Assembly: GCA_902605445.1 (NCBI GenBank)
Contig: CACLCL010000003.1
Location: 1,192 to 65,191, forward strand
From: an uncultured Bacteroidota bacterium
GTDB taxonomy: Bacteria > Bacteroidota > Bacteroidia > Flavobacteriales > Flavobacteriaceae
DNA length: 64,000 nucleotides
Direction: 5' to 3'
Below are positions 8,747 through 18,236 of this stretch, one piece after another. The position numbers and the translations under genes were made by a program. Positions within the stretch are counted from its first letter, which is position 1, and each line of letters starts with the position of its first letter. The notes below the pieces were generated by a model, which was not told the origin of the DNA, did no database searches, and saw only the letters and a list, made by a program, of their open reading frames with translations.

Positions 8747-8754
8747 TATATTTG
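8747..8754 (+). promoter_or_regulatory. Candidate Bacteroidetes sigma-A -7 box (TAnnTTTG) for the M16 peptidase operon
   Basis: TATATTTG lies 29 nt upstream of the ATG at 8783. This is a motif match only. Confidence 0.3.
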
Positions 8755-8782
8755 CAACTTATTAAACTAATTTTTTATTAAA

Positions 8783-10084
8783 ATGAAAAATATATTACTA
8801 GCATTACTGTTTTTACCAATATCATTTTTTTCCCAACAAGTTGAATTTACTGAATTCAAACTTGATAATGGATTACATGTCATATTACACCAGGACAATA
8901 CTGCACCAGTTGTAATTACATCTGTTATGTACAACGTTGGCGGGAAAGACCGTGAAAAAGGATTAACTGGATTTGCGCACTTTTTTGAACATTTATTATT
9001 TGAAGGTTCCGAAAATATTAAAAGAGGTGAGTTTATGAAAATCATCCCAGCAAATGGTGGAACTTTTAATGCTTATACTTCAAATGACGAAACTTATTAT
9101 TACGAAATTTTTCCTTCAAACAAATTAGAACTTGGTCTTTGGATGGAATCTGAGAGAATGTTACACCCTGTTATTGACGAAGTTGGTGTTGAAACACAGA
9201 ATGAAGTAGTTAAGGAAGAAAAAAGACAAAGTTATGACCGTCCCTATGGAAAAATTTTCAAAGTTTTGGGTGAAAACTTATTTTCAGTTCATCCCTACAA
9301 AGATGAAAACATTGGAAGAATGGAAGATTTGGATGCAGCTTCCTTAGATGATTTCTATTCATACTTTGAAAAATATTACGGACCCGGTAACGCAGTACTT
9401 GTCGTAGCTGGTGATATTAACATAGAAGAAACAAAAGGTTTAGTAACAAAATATTTCTCTGCAGTTAAACCAAAACCAGAACTTGTTAGATCTTTTCCTC
9501 AAGAAGAGCCTATTACTGAATTATCAAGAGTTAAGACATATGATGCGAATATCCAAGTTCCTGCAATATTAGCAGCATACAGAACACCTGGATACACCGA
9601 AAGAGATGCCTATGTTTTAGACATGATTTCAGCGTATTTAAGTGGCGGAAAGAGTTCTGTTTTGTACAAGAAATTAGTTGATAGGCAAAAACAAGCCCTT
9701 GAGGTGGCCGCAATTAACATAAGTCAAAAAGACTACAGTATGTTTACTTTTTTAGCATTGCCACTTGGAGATGTTTCGCTGGATTTACTTTTAGAAGAAA
9801 TGGATGAAGAAATTGCTTTGGTTCAAAGCAATTTAATTTCTGAGAGAGATTATCAAAAGCTTCAAAACCAATTTGAATCACAATTTGTAAATTCTAATGC
9901 AAGTGTTGAGGGTATTGCTAACTCATTAGCAAAGTATTATCTTCTTTACAAAGATGTAAATTTAATAAACACAAGTATTGATATTTACAGATCGATTTCT
10001 CGTGAGGAAATAAGAGAAGTTGCACAAAAATACTTAAGTAAAAATCAAAGAGTTGAAATAGAATATCTTCCTGGCGAAGAATAA
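8783..10084 (+). CDS. M16 (pitrilysin) family zinc peptidase, catalytic-type subunit
   Basis: Signal peptide, then the inverted zinc motif HxxEH (HFFEHLLFEG) and a downstream Glu. Confidence 0.9.
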   Translation: MKNILLALLFLPISFFSQQVEFTEFKLDNGLHVILHQDNTAPVVITSVMYNVGGKDREKGLTGFAHFFEHLLFEGSENIKRGEFMKIIPANGGTFNAYTSNDETYYYEIFPSNKLELGLWMESERMLHPVIDEVGVETQNEVVKEEKRQSYDRPYGKIFKVLGENLFSVHPYKDENIGRMEDLDAASLDDFYSYFEKYYGPGNAVLVVAGDINIEETKGLVTKYFSAVKPKPELVRSFPQEEPITELSRVKTYDANIQVPAILAAYRTPGYTERDAYVLDMISAYLSGGKSSVLYKKLVDRQKQALEVAAINISQKDYSMFTFLALPLGDVSLDLLLEEMDEEIALVQSNLISERDYQKLQNQFESQFVNSNASVEGIANSLAKYYLLYKDVNLINTSIDIYRSISREEIREVAQKYLSKNQRVEIEYLPGEE

Positions 10085-10095
10085 AAAAATAAAAA

Positions 10096-12186
10096 ATGAA
10101 AAAAATATTATTATTAGTTATTAGCTTATTTTTGAGTTTAAATCTTACAGCACAAGTTGATAGGTCAATTCAACCAGTAGGTGGACCTACTCCAAAGATA
10201 AAACTTGATAAACCAAAAGAATTTAAATTAAAAAATGGGATCACTGTGATGGTGGTTGAAAATCATAAATTACCAAGAATTAATTATTCTCTTAGATTTG
10301 ATAGAAAACCAATTGTTGAAGGGGACAAGGCTGGTGTACTTGCCATATTGGGTGCGATGTTAGGAAACGGAACTGAAAATATGCCCAAAGACGAATTCAA
10401 TGATGAAGTTGATTTCTTAGGAGCTAGTGTAAATGTAAGTTTTGGTTCTGCATCTGCATTTACACTAACCAAAAATAATTTAAAGGTTTTAAATTTATTC
10501 TCTGACGCAATTATTAACCCCTTACTGGTTGAAGAAGAATTTGAAAAGGAAAGAGACAAGTTAATAGAAGGTCTAAAAACCCAAGAGAAAAGTATTGATG
10601 CTATTTCAGAAAGGGTTGCTAACGCTTTGGCTTTTGGTAAGGACCATGCTTATGGTGAATTTATAACGGAAGAAACTCTAAATAATATTTCTTTTCAAGA
10701 TGTGCTAGATTATAAAAATAAATACATGATTCCTAATAATGTATATTTAGTAGTTATTGGGGATGTATATTACAAGGACATAAAATCTTTAATCAAAAAG
10801 AAATTTAGTTCGTGGGAAAAAGGTAAGTCAATTACTCAGGAGGATCCGCAGCTAACCGATAATGTTGAAATGACTGAAATTAATTTTGTTGATTTACCAA
10901 ATGCTACTCAATCTGCAATTGGTGTAACTAATAATGTTGATTTAAAAATGAGTGACCCTGATTATTTTGCAGCTTTGATGGCAAATGATATTTTAGGTGG
11001 TGGTGGTGAAGGCTATTTATTCAAAAATCTTCGTGAAGATAAGGGATATACATATGGTGCTTATTCAAGTTTAGGTTCTAGTAGATATGGTGTTTCAAGT
11101 TTCCTTGCTGGAGCAAAAGTGCGAAATGCTGTAACAGATAGCGCTGTAATTGAGATATTAAAAGAAATCACAAGAATTAAAACTAAAGATGTAGATACAG
11201 TACTGTTAAAAAATGCTAAAGCTAAATATGTTGGAAGTTTTATTAGGAGATCTGAAAATCCAAGTACTATTGCAGGCTATGCATTAAATATTAAATTAAA
11301 TAATTTAGATTCAAATTTTTATGGAGATTATTTAGAGAATATTAATAATGTTAGCATTGAGGATGTAAAAAGAGCTGCAAATAAATACTATAATTATCCA
11401 AATGGAAGTAGAATTGTTATTGTGGGTAAAGGAAGTGATGTAGTAGCAGCACTTGAAGAAAATGTAGGTTGGCCTATTAAATATTTTGATAAATATGCAA
11501 ATTCAATAGCAAAGCCTGTTTTCAATAAACCAATTCCAGATGGACTAACTGCTATTAACGTTATTGAAAATTATATTGAAAAAATTGGGGGTAGAAAATT
11601 ATTAGAAGGTGTTCTTACAATCGAAATGATAGCAGATGTTCCTTTGGAAGGTGCTCCAGTTACTCCAGAGGCTACAATGAGCCAAATGTTACCTAATCTT
11701 ATGACACAAAAAATTGAAATGAATATGGGTGGAGGACAAAGGATGGTTATTCAAAAATCTACTTTTAATGGTGAAAGAGGTTACAATGAAGTTCAAGGTC
11801 AAAGAATTGATTTTACTGATGAAGAAATGTTGAAAGCAAAATCAGTTAAAGGTATTTTTGAAGAATTGTATTATAATGCTGAAAATCTAGAATTAATTAG
11901 TATCAATCAGATTAATTATGAAGATGCTTATAAGATAAAAGTTACTGATGATGGCAAAGTTTCATATCGATACTACTCAGTAGAAACAGGTTACCTTTTA
12001 AGCACTGAAGATGTTGACGAGAATAATAATATTAGTACGGTTTTCTTTAGTGATTACAAGTCTGTAGACTCAATAATGTTCCCTTTCAAAATGGTTATTC
12101 CAAAAAGTGCACAAATGCCTTTTGACTTAGAATTTAATTTTAAAAGCATTGAGCCAAATAAAGCTTTAAAAACATCTAGCTTCTAG
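10096..12186 (+). CDS. M16 family peptidase-like protein (no HxxEH; probably the non-catalytic partner) with about 200 aa C-terminal extension
   Basis: Signal peptide. M16/M16_C-like halves (GITVMVVENHKLPR..., GGGGEGYLFKNLREDKGYTYGAYS). It sits 11 nt after the catalytic-type paralog. Confidence 0.8.
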   Translation: MKKILLLVISLFLSLNLTAQVDRSIQPVGGPTPKIKLDKPKEFKLKNGITVMVVENHKLPRINYSLRFDRKPIVEGDKAGVLAILGAMLGNGTENMPKDEFNDEVDFLGASVNVSFGSASAFTLTKNNLKVLNLFSDAIINPLLVEEEFEKERDKLIEGLKTQEKSIDAISERVANALAFGKDHAYGEFITEETLNNISFQDVLDYKNKYMIPNNVYLVVIGDVYYKDIKSLIKKKFSSWEKGKSITQEDPQLTDNVEMTEINFVDLPNATQSAIGVTNNVDLKMSDPDYFAALMANDILGGGGEGYLFKNLREDKGYTYGAYSSLGSSRYGVSSFLAGAKVRNAVTDSAVIEILKEITRIKTKDVDTVLLKNAKAKYVGSFIRRSENPSTIAGYALNIKLNNLDSNFYGDYLENINNVSIEDVKRAANKYYNYPNGSRIVIVGKGSDVVAALEENVGWPIKYFDKYANSIAKPVFNKPIPDGLTAINVIENYIEKIGGRKLLEGVLTIEMIADVPLEGAPVTPEATMSQMLPNLMTQKIEMNMGGGQRMVIQKSTFNGERGYNEVQGQRIDFTDEEMLKAKSVKGIFEELYYNAENLELISINQINYEDAYKIKVTDDGKVSYRYYSVETGYLLSTEDVDENNNISTVFFSDYKSVDSIMFPFKMVIPKSAQMPFDLEFNFKSIEPNKALKTSSF

Positions 12187-13054
12187 ACTTTTTAGAGGTT
12201 AAAAGTATTCCTAAAACTATTACTAAGGTTGATAATAATTGGTAGATGGAGAATTTTTCTCCATCTACTATTCCCCATAAAATAGATACAATAAGCATTG
12301 AATATGTAACTGAGGAAGCAAAAACTGGGCTTGATATTTGAATTAATTTGTTAAATAAAACCTTTGCAATTGCTGTCGCAAAAAGAGCAAGAATTAAAAC
12401 ATAAAAAATTGACAATTGAACCTCTGCTGAATGCAAGCTAGTAATTCTAAATTCAGAAAAATAAAATATAAGAATTGCTGGGGCGAAAATCACAGAAAAG
12501 TGTCCCACTGCTAATGTAACAGCTGACATATGCTGAAGATATTTCTTTATAATATTAACATTTAAGGCATACAAGAAAGAACATATAATAACTAGTCCTG
12601 CATACTGATAATTTTGATCAGGATTTATATTAATCCCAGAAATAATCAGTAAAGTTGCTCCAATAAATCCTATAAATACCCCCATAAACTGCTTTGCAGA
12701 TGACTTAATATTAAATATTAAAACTCCAATAATTAATGTATTCAGAGGCACAATAGAATTCAATACCGATGCAACTGAGCTATCAATTTCAGTCTCTGCA
12801 AAGGCAAATAAAAAAGCAGGAAAAAAACTACCAATAAATGCAGATATAAATATCCATTTCCATTCGAAAAAATTTATAGTGTAAACCCTTTTCCAATATA
12901 TTAATAATAGAAATAATGATGAAAAAATTATTCTCAAAGATCCTAACTGCAAAGGACTTAGCCCAACTAACCCTTTCTTAATTAATATAAATGAACTTCC
13001 CCAAATCAAAGAGAGCAATGCAAGAAATACCCATTTATTATTAATTCTTTCCAT
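12176..13054 (-). CDS. EamA/DMT family transporter
   Basis: 292 aa with about 10 predicted TM helices in two EamA-like halves (WGSSFILIKKGL...). Confidence 0.85.
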   Translation of the reverse strand: MERINNKWVFLALLSLIWGSSFILIKKGLVGLSPLQLGSLRIIFSSLFLLLIYWKRVYTINFFEWKWIFISAFIGSFFPAFLFAFAETEIDSSVASVLNSIVPLNTLIIGVLIFNIKSSAKQFMGVFIGFIGATLLIISGININPDQNYQYAGLVIICSFLYALNVNIIKKYLQHMSAVTLAVGHFSVIFAPAILIFYFSEFRITSLHSAEVQLSIFYVLILALFATAIAKVLFNKLIQISSPVFASSVTYSMLIVSILWGIVDGEKFSIYQLLSTLVIVLGILLTSKKSRS

Positions 13055-13613
13055 CCCATTGCAATGACTCGAATAGTACTAAAACATCATTCTTGATATA
13101 CTGAATAGATGGGTAAATAGAATCATATACTATTTTAGATTTCGGTTGTAAATGTCCCCTTACAAAATTAGTTGTACTATCTGTTAAGAAAAACTGAAGC
13201 GGAGTTGCAACATTACCCTTAAATTCATAAAGTCTACCGTAAACTTTGTGTTGTTCATTTTCGTAATCTTTTATTGAAAGTTTATTTGACTTCTTTGCAT
13301 GAGTTTGTACAATATTATAAAAATCATCAAGATTCCTTTTAATATTATCAGCTTTACTAAGTGAGTTAAACTTCAATATCAAATCCATATTTAATGTTAG
13401 ATAACTGACCTTTAATACATTATTAATAGAATCTATTTCAGTAGTTTCATTTTTATTTAGATAAAAAGTTGTTTTAGAATCTGTTTTTTTAAATTTTTTA
13501 TAATTTGGTTTATTAAATTCAATTCTAAAATAACCGTCTGGTTTTGGCATAAGGGCCTGTTCTCTACAAGATAGAATTAATAATACAAGTATTAAATACT
13601 TTACCTTTTTCAT
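13041..13613 (-). CDS. gldD: Gliding motility lipoprotein GldD
   Basis: 190 aa lipoprotein (LILSC). LMPKPDGYFRIEF at the N-terminus, then ...YENEQHKVYGRLYEFKGNVATPLQFFLTDST...YDSIYPSIQYIKNDV...ESLQW. These match my memory of F. johnsoniae GldD. The mutY-ssb-...-gldD synteny also fits. Confidence 0.65.
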   Translation of the reverse strand: MKKVKYLILVLLILSCREQALMPKPDGYFRIEFNKPNYKKFKKTDSKTTFYLNKNETTEIDSINNVLKVSYLTLNMDLILKFNSLSKADNIKRNLDDFYNIVQTHAKKSNKLSIKDYENEQHKVYGRLYEFKGNVATPLQFFLTDSTTNFVRGHLQPKSKIVYDSIYPSIQYIKNDVLVLFESLQWDGKN

Positions 13614-13694
13614 TTTTAAAAGACTGTATAGAAAGTCAAATTATAGCAAAATAAAAATTAAAAATAATAACACTTTTAGTAATTTATTAAAAAA

Positions 13695-14120
13695 CTAAAA
13701 TGGTAAGTCATCATTAGTCTCAGAGGTGTTCTGAGTGTTATTGACTACCTCTGTTTTAATATCATTGGATTGTTCATTTTCAGATTTATTTGACAAAAAA
13801 GTGAAATCAGTACAATGGATTTCAGTTGTATATCTATCATTACCTTTGTCATCCTGCCATTTTCTACCCTTAATTCTTCCTTCAATATAAACCTTATCAC
13901 CTTTTGATAGATACTTTTCACATATTTCAGCTGCCTTATTTCTCAGAATAACATTATGCCACTCAGTATTAGAAACTTTTTCATTAGTTTGCTTGTTTGT
14001 ATACGTTTCATTTGTAGCAAGAGGAAACCTTCCAATACAACCTCCATCGTCAAATCTTCTTAATTTAACATCATCACCTAAATGACCAATTAGCATTACT
14101 TTATTTAGTGTTCCTGACAT
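13695..14120 (-). CDS. ssb: Single-stranded DNA-binding protein
   Basis: An OB-fold N-terminus (LNKVMLIGHLGDDVKLR...TEWHNVIL) and the acidic tail ...DDLPF. Confidence 0.93.
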   Translation of the reverse strand: MSGTLNKVMLIGHLGDDVKLRRFDDGGCIGRFPLATNETYTNKQTNEKVSNTEWHNVILRNKAAEICEKYLSKGDKVYIEGRIKGRKWQDDKGNDRYTTEIHCTDFTFLSNKSENEQSNDIKTEVVNNTQNTSETNDDLPF

Positions 14121-15189
14121 AATAATTGTTTAATTTAAATTTACTCAATTTACTCAATCTAATTTCATAATCATTAATAAACTTATACATTAATTTTGAC
14201 ATCGGATATCTATTAAAGTCATTTGTAAAAATTCCATCGAGAAAATTATTTTCAAAATTGACCAACCAAAACCTACTTTTAATTTTTAAATGTGATAATC
14301 TGTGCTCAATGAATGATTTATTAATCAAATTAAATTTAGTGATATTATTACCAATTTCTTGACTAAAAATTTTTATTAGTTCATTTTTAGTTTGTTTTGT
14401 TTTAGAAATAGAAACCGGAAATTGGAATAAATTTTTCCATATTCCATTGTCAATTTTTTTTATCAAAAATTTATTTTCTTTGATCACTATTATATATTCA
14501 TAGTAATATGTTTTTAATTTAATTTTTTTCTTTTTTACCGGGTAAAGATGTACTTTGTTTTTTTTAAATGATTTACACATCGTAGAGACCATGCACTCAC
14601 TGCAAAGTGGATTTATAGGTTTACATATAATTGAACCGTAATCCATCAAAGCCTGATTATAGTCTCCAAATCTGTTATTTGGCATTATTTCTAATGCTAG
14701 CTTTTTGATTTTTGTTTTAAACTTGTTGCTGTAAAAGCTTTCTTTAAGTTCAAATAATCTAGATAAAATTCTGAAAATATTTCCATCAATTGCAGGAACC
14801 TTCTCTTCAAAACAAATTGATGAAATTGCACTTGCAGTGTAATCACCAATACCTTTTAATTTAATTATATCCTGAAATGTATTGGGAAAATTGGAATTCA
14901 ATTTGTCAACTATATATTTAGCACTGAAATGTAAATTCCTCGCTCTAGAATAATATCCGAGTCCCTGCCAAATAAGTAAAACATCATTTTCATCAGCATT
15001 TGCAAGGGAATGGAGATTAGGGAAATGTTCAATAAATCTGCGATAATAAATTATACCATTTACTACTCGAGTTTGCTGCAAGATGATTTCGGAAACCCAA
15101 ATTTTGTAGGGTTCTTTTGTACTTCTCCATGGCAAGTCTCTTTTATTTAGATCATACCATTGCAATATGATATTATGAAATTCCATCAT
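14101..15189 (-). CDS. mutY: A/G-specific adenine DNA glycosylase MutY
   Basis: WYDLNKRDLPWR, EIILQQTRV, the HhH-GPD motif (LKGIGDYTASAI), the 4Fe-4S cluster loop C..C..C....C, and a NUDIX-like C-terminus. The ATG at 15189 is preferred over the TTG at 15207. Confidence 0.9.
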   Translation of the reverse strand: MMEFHNIILQWYDLNKRDLPWRSTKEPYKIWVSEIILQQTRVVNGIIYYRRFIEHFPNLHSLANADENDVLLIWQGLGYYSRARNLHFSAKYIVDKLNSNFPNTFQDIIKLKGIGDYTASAISSICFEEKVPAIDGNIFRILSRLFELKESFYSNKFKTKIKKLALEIMPNNRFGDYNQALMDYGSIICKPINPLCSECMVSTMCKSFKKNKVHLYPVKKKKIKLKTYYYEYIIVIKENKFLIKKIDNGIWKNLFQFPVSISKTKQTKNELIKIFSQEIGNNITKFNLINKSFIEHRLSHLKIKSRFWLVNFENNFLDGIFTNDFNRYPMSKLMYKFINDYEIRLSKLSKFKLNNYYVRNTK

Positions 15190-15270
15190 TAATATTAAAG
15201 TAACCAAAATACAGCATTGTCACAAAAAAATTAAATTATTATTAGTATGAAAAATTGATTTAAAAATACA

Positions 15271-15278
15271 TATATTTG
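15271..15278 (+). promoter_or_regulatory. Candidate -7 box (TAnnTTTG) upstream of the HU gene
   Basis: TATATTTG lies 31 nt upstream of the ATG at 15309. This is a motif match only. Confidence 0.3.
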
Positions 15279-15308
15279 CTGGCGTTATAGTAATTTATAA
15301 TTTTAGAT

Positions 15309-15599
15309 ATGACAAAGGCTGAAATCGTCTCGAATATTTCAAAAAAATTAGGCATTGAAAAACTTGATGTCCAATTAGTTGTTGAATCGATGATGAATGA
15401 AATAACTTCATCATTAGAAAATGGAGAGAATGTGTATCTAAGAGGTTTTGGAAGTTTTATTGTAAAAAGAAGAGCTGAGAAAACAGCTAGAAATATAAAG
15501 AAAAATACAACCATAAAAATTCCTGCTCACAATATACCTGCCTTTAAACCATCGAAAATTTTTCTTAATGGAGTTAAGAATAAATTAAAGGTTAATTAA
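15309..15599 (+). CDS. HU/IHF family DNA-binding protein
   Basis: MTKAEIVSNISKKLG...VYLRGFGSFIVKRRAEKTARNIKKNTTIKIPAHNIPAFKPSK is the HU fold signature. Confidence 0.9.
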   Translation: MTKAEIVSNISKKLGIEKLDVQLVVESMMNEITSSLENGENVYLRGFGSFIVKRRAEKTARNIKKNTTIKIPAHNIPAFKPSKIFLNGVKNKLKVN

Positions 15600-15609
15600 A
15601 ATTTTATTT

Positions 15610-15702
15610 ATGCCAAGCGGTAAAAAACGTAAAAGACATAAGGTAGCGACTCATAAAAGAAAAAAAAGAAGAAGGGCTAATCGTCACAAGAAAAAAGATT
15701 AA
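15610..15702 (+). CDS. 30-codon hyper-basic peptide (bS22 / AURKAIP1-COX24-like tiny ribosomal-protein candidate)
   Basis: Below the ORF-track size cut-off. Hand translation gives MPSGKKRKRHKVATHKRKKRRRANRHKKKD*, with 20 of 30 residues K/R/H. It starts 11 nt after the HU stop. Confidence 0.6.
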   Translation: MPSGKKRKRHKVATHKRKKRRRANRHKKKD

Positions 15703-15831
15703 CTCTTTTTTATTATAACTAGAGATGTTCTTTGAAATCAATTCATACTAAAGATACAATTGATGTATTAATTTTAGTTGAATTACCGGACAAATAATAA
15801 TAAGCATTACAAAATGCAAAAAAACAATGAA

Positions 15832-17358
15832 ATGAATAAAGAATTACTTATTCGTTCAAGTTCTGATAATATTGATTTTGCGTTACTAAAAGACAAAAAA
15901 CTAATCGAATTTCACAAAGATAGTAATAATACAAAATTCCTTGTAGGTGATATTTATTTAGCAAAAATTAGGAAAATTATGCCTGCATTAAATGCAGCTT
16001 TCATAAATGTTGGATATAAAAAGGATGCCTTTTTACATTATCATGATTTAGGCCCTAAATTTTCAACCCTTAAAAGTTTTGTTAAAGACATTCATAGCGA
16101 AAAAATTAAAAACTTTTCTCTAACTAATTACAAATTTAGCGATGATATTAATAAAGATGGTTCAATTTCTGATGTCATAAACACAAATGAACCAATTTTA
16201 ATACAAATTGTTAAAGAGCCTATTTCAACTAAAGGCCCAAGAGTTACATCTGAAATTTCTTTTGCTGGTAGATTTTTAGTTCTTGTACCGTTTTCATCAA
16301 GAATTTCAATTTCACAGAAAATTGAAGATTCAAAAGAAAAAGATAGACTGAAGAGACTAGTAAAAAGTATTACGCCAAAGGGATTTGGGGTAATCATTAG
16401 AACAGTGGCAAAAAATAAAAAAGTAGCAGAACTTGACAGAGACTTACAAAATCTTTATGGAAGATGGATTGCAATGTGTAAAAAAATTAAGAAAGCAAAT
16501 ATGCCCTCTAAAGTAATGGATGAAATGACTTTTTCATCTAAAATATTGAGAGATTTATTTGATGAAAATTTTACCTCGATTCTTGTTAATGATGAAGCTC
16601 TCCACATACAAATTAAAGATTATGTTCAAAAGATTGCCCCTAAAAAGGAATCAATTGTAAAACTTTACAAGTCAAATGTTCCAATTTTTGAAAAATTTGG
16701 AATTGAACGTCAAATTAAAACTTCATTTGGTAAAAATGTTTCTATGATCAAAGGTTCATATTTAGTTATTGAACATACAGAAGCATTACATGTTATTGAT
16801 GTAAATAGTGGAAACAGGTCTTTTTCTCAAAAAAGTCAAGAAGACTCTGCACTAGAAGTAAATCTTAATGCTGCTTCTGAAATAGCTAGGCAACTAAGAT
16901 TAAGAGATATGGGTGGAATTATTGTTGTTGATTTTATCGACCAAAATAAAGCCGAAAATAGAAGAAAACTTTTTAATCATCTTAAATCAGAAATGCAAGA
17001 AGACAGAGCAAAACATAAGATATTACCACCTAGTAAATTTGGTTTAATACAAATTACAAGGCAAAGGGTAAGGCCAGAAATGAAAATTAAAACAAGAGAG
17101 GCAAACCCAAGCAACAATAAGCACAATGAAGTTGAAGCTCCAATTATTTTAATAAATAAATTAGAACAAGAGCTAGATGAACTTGTCAGAAAAGGAAAAG
17201 TTGATATTCAATTAAATATACATCCGTTTATTGCTGCATTTCTTGAAAAAGGATATCCATCAATAAGATTAAAATGGTATTTTAAACATAAAAAATGGGT
17301 AAAAATAATCCCAAGAGATGCGTATAAATATCTAGAGTATAAGTTTAAAGTTGAATAA
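15832..17358 (+). CDS. rng: Ribonuclease E/G family protein (RNase G-like)
   Basis: S1-like N-terminus (VGDIYLAKIRKIMPALNAAFINVGYKKDAFLH). Catalytic core (VIDVNSG..., GGIIVVDFID). The ATG at 15832 (MNKELLIRSS) is preferred over the TTG at 15778. Confidence 0.88.
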   Translation: MNKELLIRSSSDNIDFALLKDKKLIEFHKDSNNTKFLVGDIYLAKIRKIMPALNAAFINVGYKKDAFLHYHDLGPKFSTLKSFVKDIHSEKIKNFSLTNYKFSDDINKDGSISDVINTNEPILIQIVKEPISTKGPRVTSEISFAGRFLVLVPFSSRISISQKIEDSKEKDRLKRLVKSITPKGFGVIIRTVAKNKKVAELDRDLQNLYGRWIAMCKKIKKANMPSKVMDEMTFSSKILRDLFDENFTSILVNDEALHIQIKDYVQKIAPKKESIVKLYKSNVPIFEKFGIERQIKTSFGKNVSMIKGSYLVIEHTEALHVIDVNSGNRSFSQKSQEDSALEVNLNAASEIARQLRLRDMGGIIVVDFIDQNKAENRRKLFNHLKSEMQEDRAKHKILPPSKFGLIQITRQRVRPEMKIKTREANPSNNKHNEVEAPIILINKLEQELDELVRKGKVDIQLNIHPFIAAFLEKGYPSIRLKWYFKHKKWVKIIPRDAYKYLEYKFKVE

Positions 17359-17377
17359 TACATGACTTTTTAAATGA

Positions 17378-17410
17378 CCCTATCTAAATTTTTAGATAGG
17401 GTTTTTTTTT
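17378..17410. terminator. Rho-independent, probably bidirectional terminator between rng and xth
   Basis: Stem CCCTATCTA (17378-17386) pairs with TAGATAGGG (17393-17401), followed by T9. The 3' arm overlaps the last codons and stop of xth. Confidence 0.7.
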
Positions 17411-18168
17411 GATAGATTAATTGAAATTGGGCAATGATCGCTGTGTTTAACTTCACTTAAAATAGATGAGGATTCCAAAAGTTCTAGCATTTTATTTGAA
17501 ATCATTATATAATCAATTCTCCAACCTTTGTTATTTGCTCTCGCATTTGCTCTGTAAGTCCACCAAGAATATTTATGAGGTTGATTATTAAATACTCTAA
17601 AACTATCTGTAAACCCAATGTCTATAAATTTCTGTAACCACTCTCTTTCAACAGGCAAAAAACCTGAAACATTTTTATTTCTTATTGGATCGTGAATATC
17701 AATTGCTTTATGACAAATATTAAAATCTCCTGCTATAACTAAATTTTTAATTTTTTTATTGAGCAAAGTGATATAATCTAAAAATTCTTGCATATAATTC
17801 AATTTGAACTCCAATCTATTTAGGTTTGTTCCTGAGGGTAAATATAAACTCATAATTGATAGATCTCTAAAATCAATCCTTATATTTCTTCCCTCTAAAT
17901 CCATATAATTAATATTTGTTCCAAACTCAACATTAACAGGCTTGTGCAGGGAAAGAATTGCAACACCACTGTAACCTTTTTTTTCAGCACTGAACCAATA
18001 ATTGTATTTATATCCTATTTTTTCAAACTCTCTTACATCTATTTGTTCTTTCATTGCTTTAATTTCTTGTAAACAAACTACATCAGGTTTTTCAGATATC
18101 AACCAATCAATAAGACCCTTTCTCATTGCAGCCCTTATACCATTGACATTATAGGAGATAATCTTCAT
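17392..18168 (-). CDS. xth: Exodeoxyribonuclease III
   Basis: MKIISYNVNGIRAA...LQEIK...WRIDYI...SDHCP are the ExoIII/APE1 family motifs. Confidence 0.92.
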   Translation of the reverse strand: MKIISYNVNGIRAAMRKGLIDWLISEKPDVVCLQEIKAMKEQIDVREFEKIGYKYNYWFSAEKKGYSGVAILSLHKPVNVEFGTNINYMDLEGRNIRIDFRDLSIMSLYLPSGTNLNRLEFKLNYMQEFLDYITLLNKKIKNLVIAGDFNICHKAIDIHDPIRNKNVSGFLPVEREWLQKFIDIGFTDSFRVFNNQPHKYSWWTYRANARANNKGWRIDYIMISNKMLELLESSSILSEVKHSDHCPISINLSKKNPI

Positions 18169-18236
18169 AATTGAGCAAATTTTATTATTATAAATATCAT
18201 AAAATAATTTTTATTTTTTTTAGTTTAATATTTTAT

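Noticed and set aside
10096-12186. The about 200 aa C-terminal extension of the second M16 protein could be an unusual fusion.
   Set aside because: To my recollection, about 680-700 aa M16-family proteins paired with a about 430 aa catalytic paralog are common in Bacteroidota. I have no evidence that this one is atypical.
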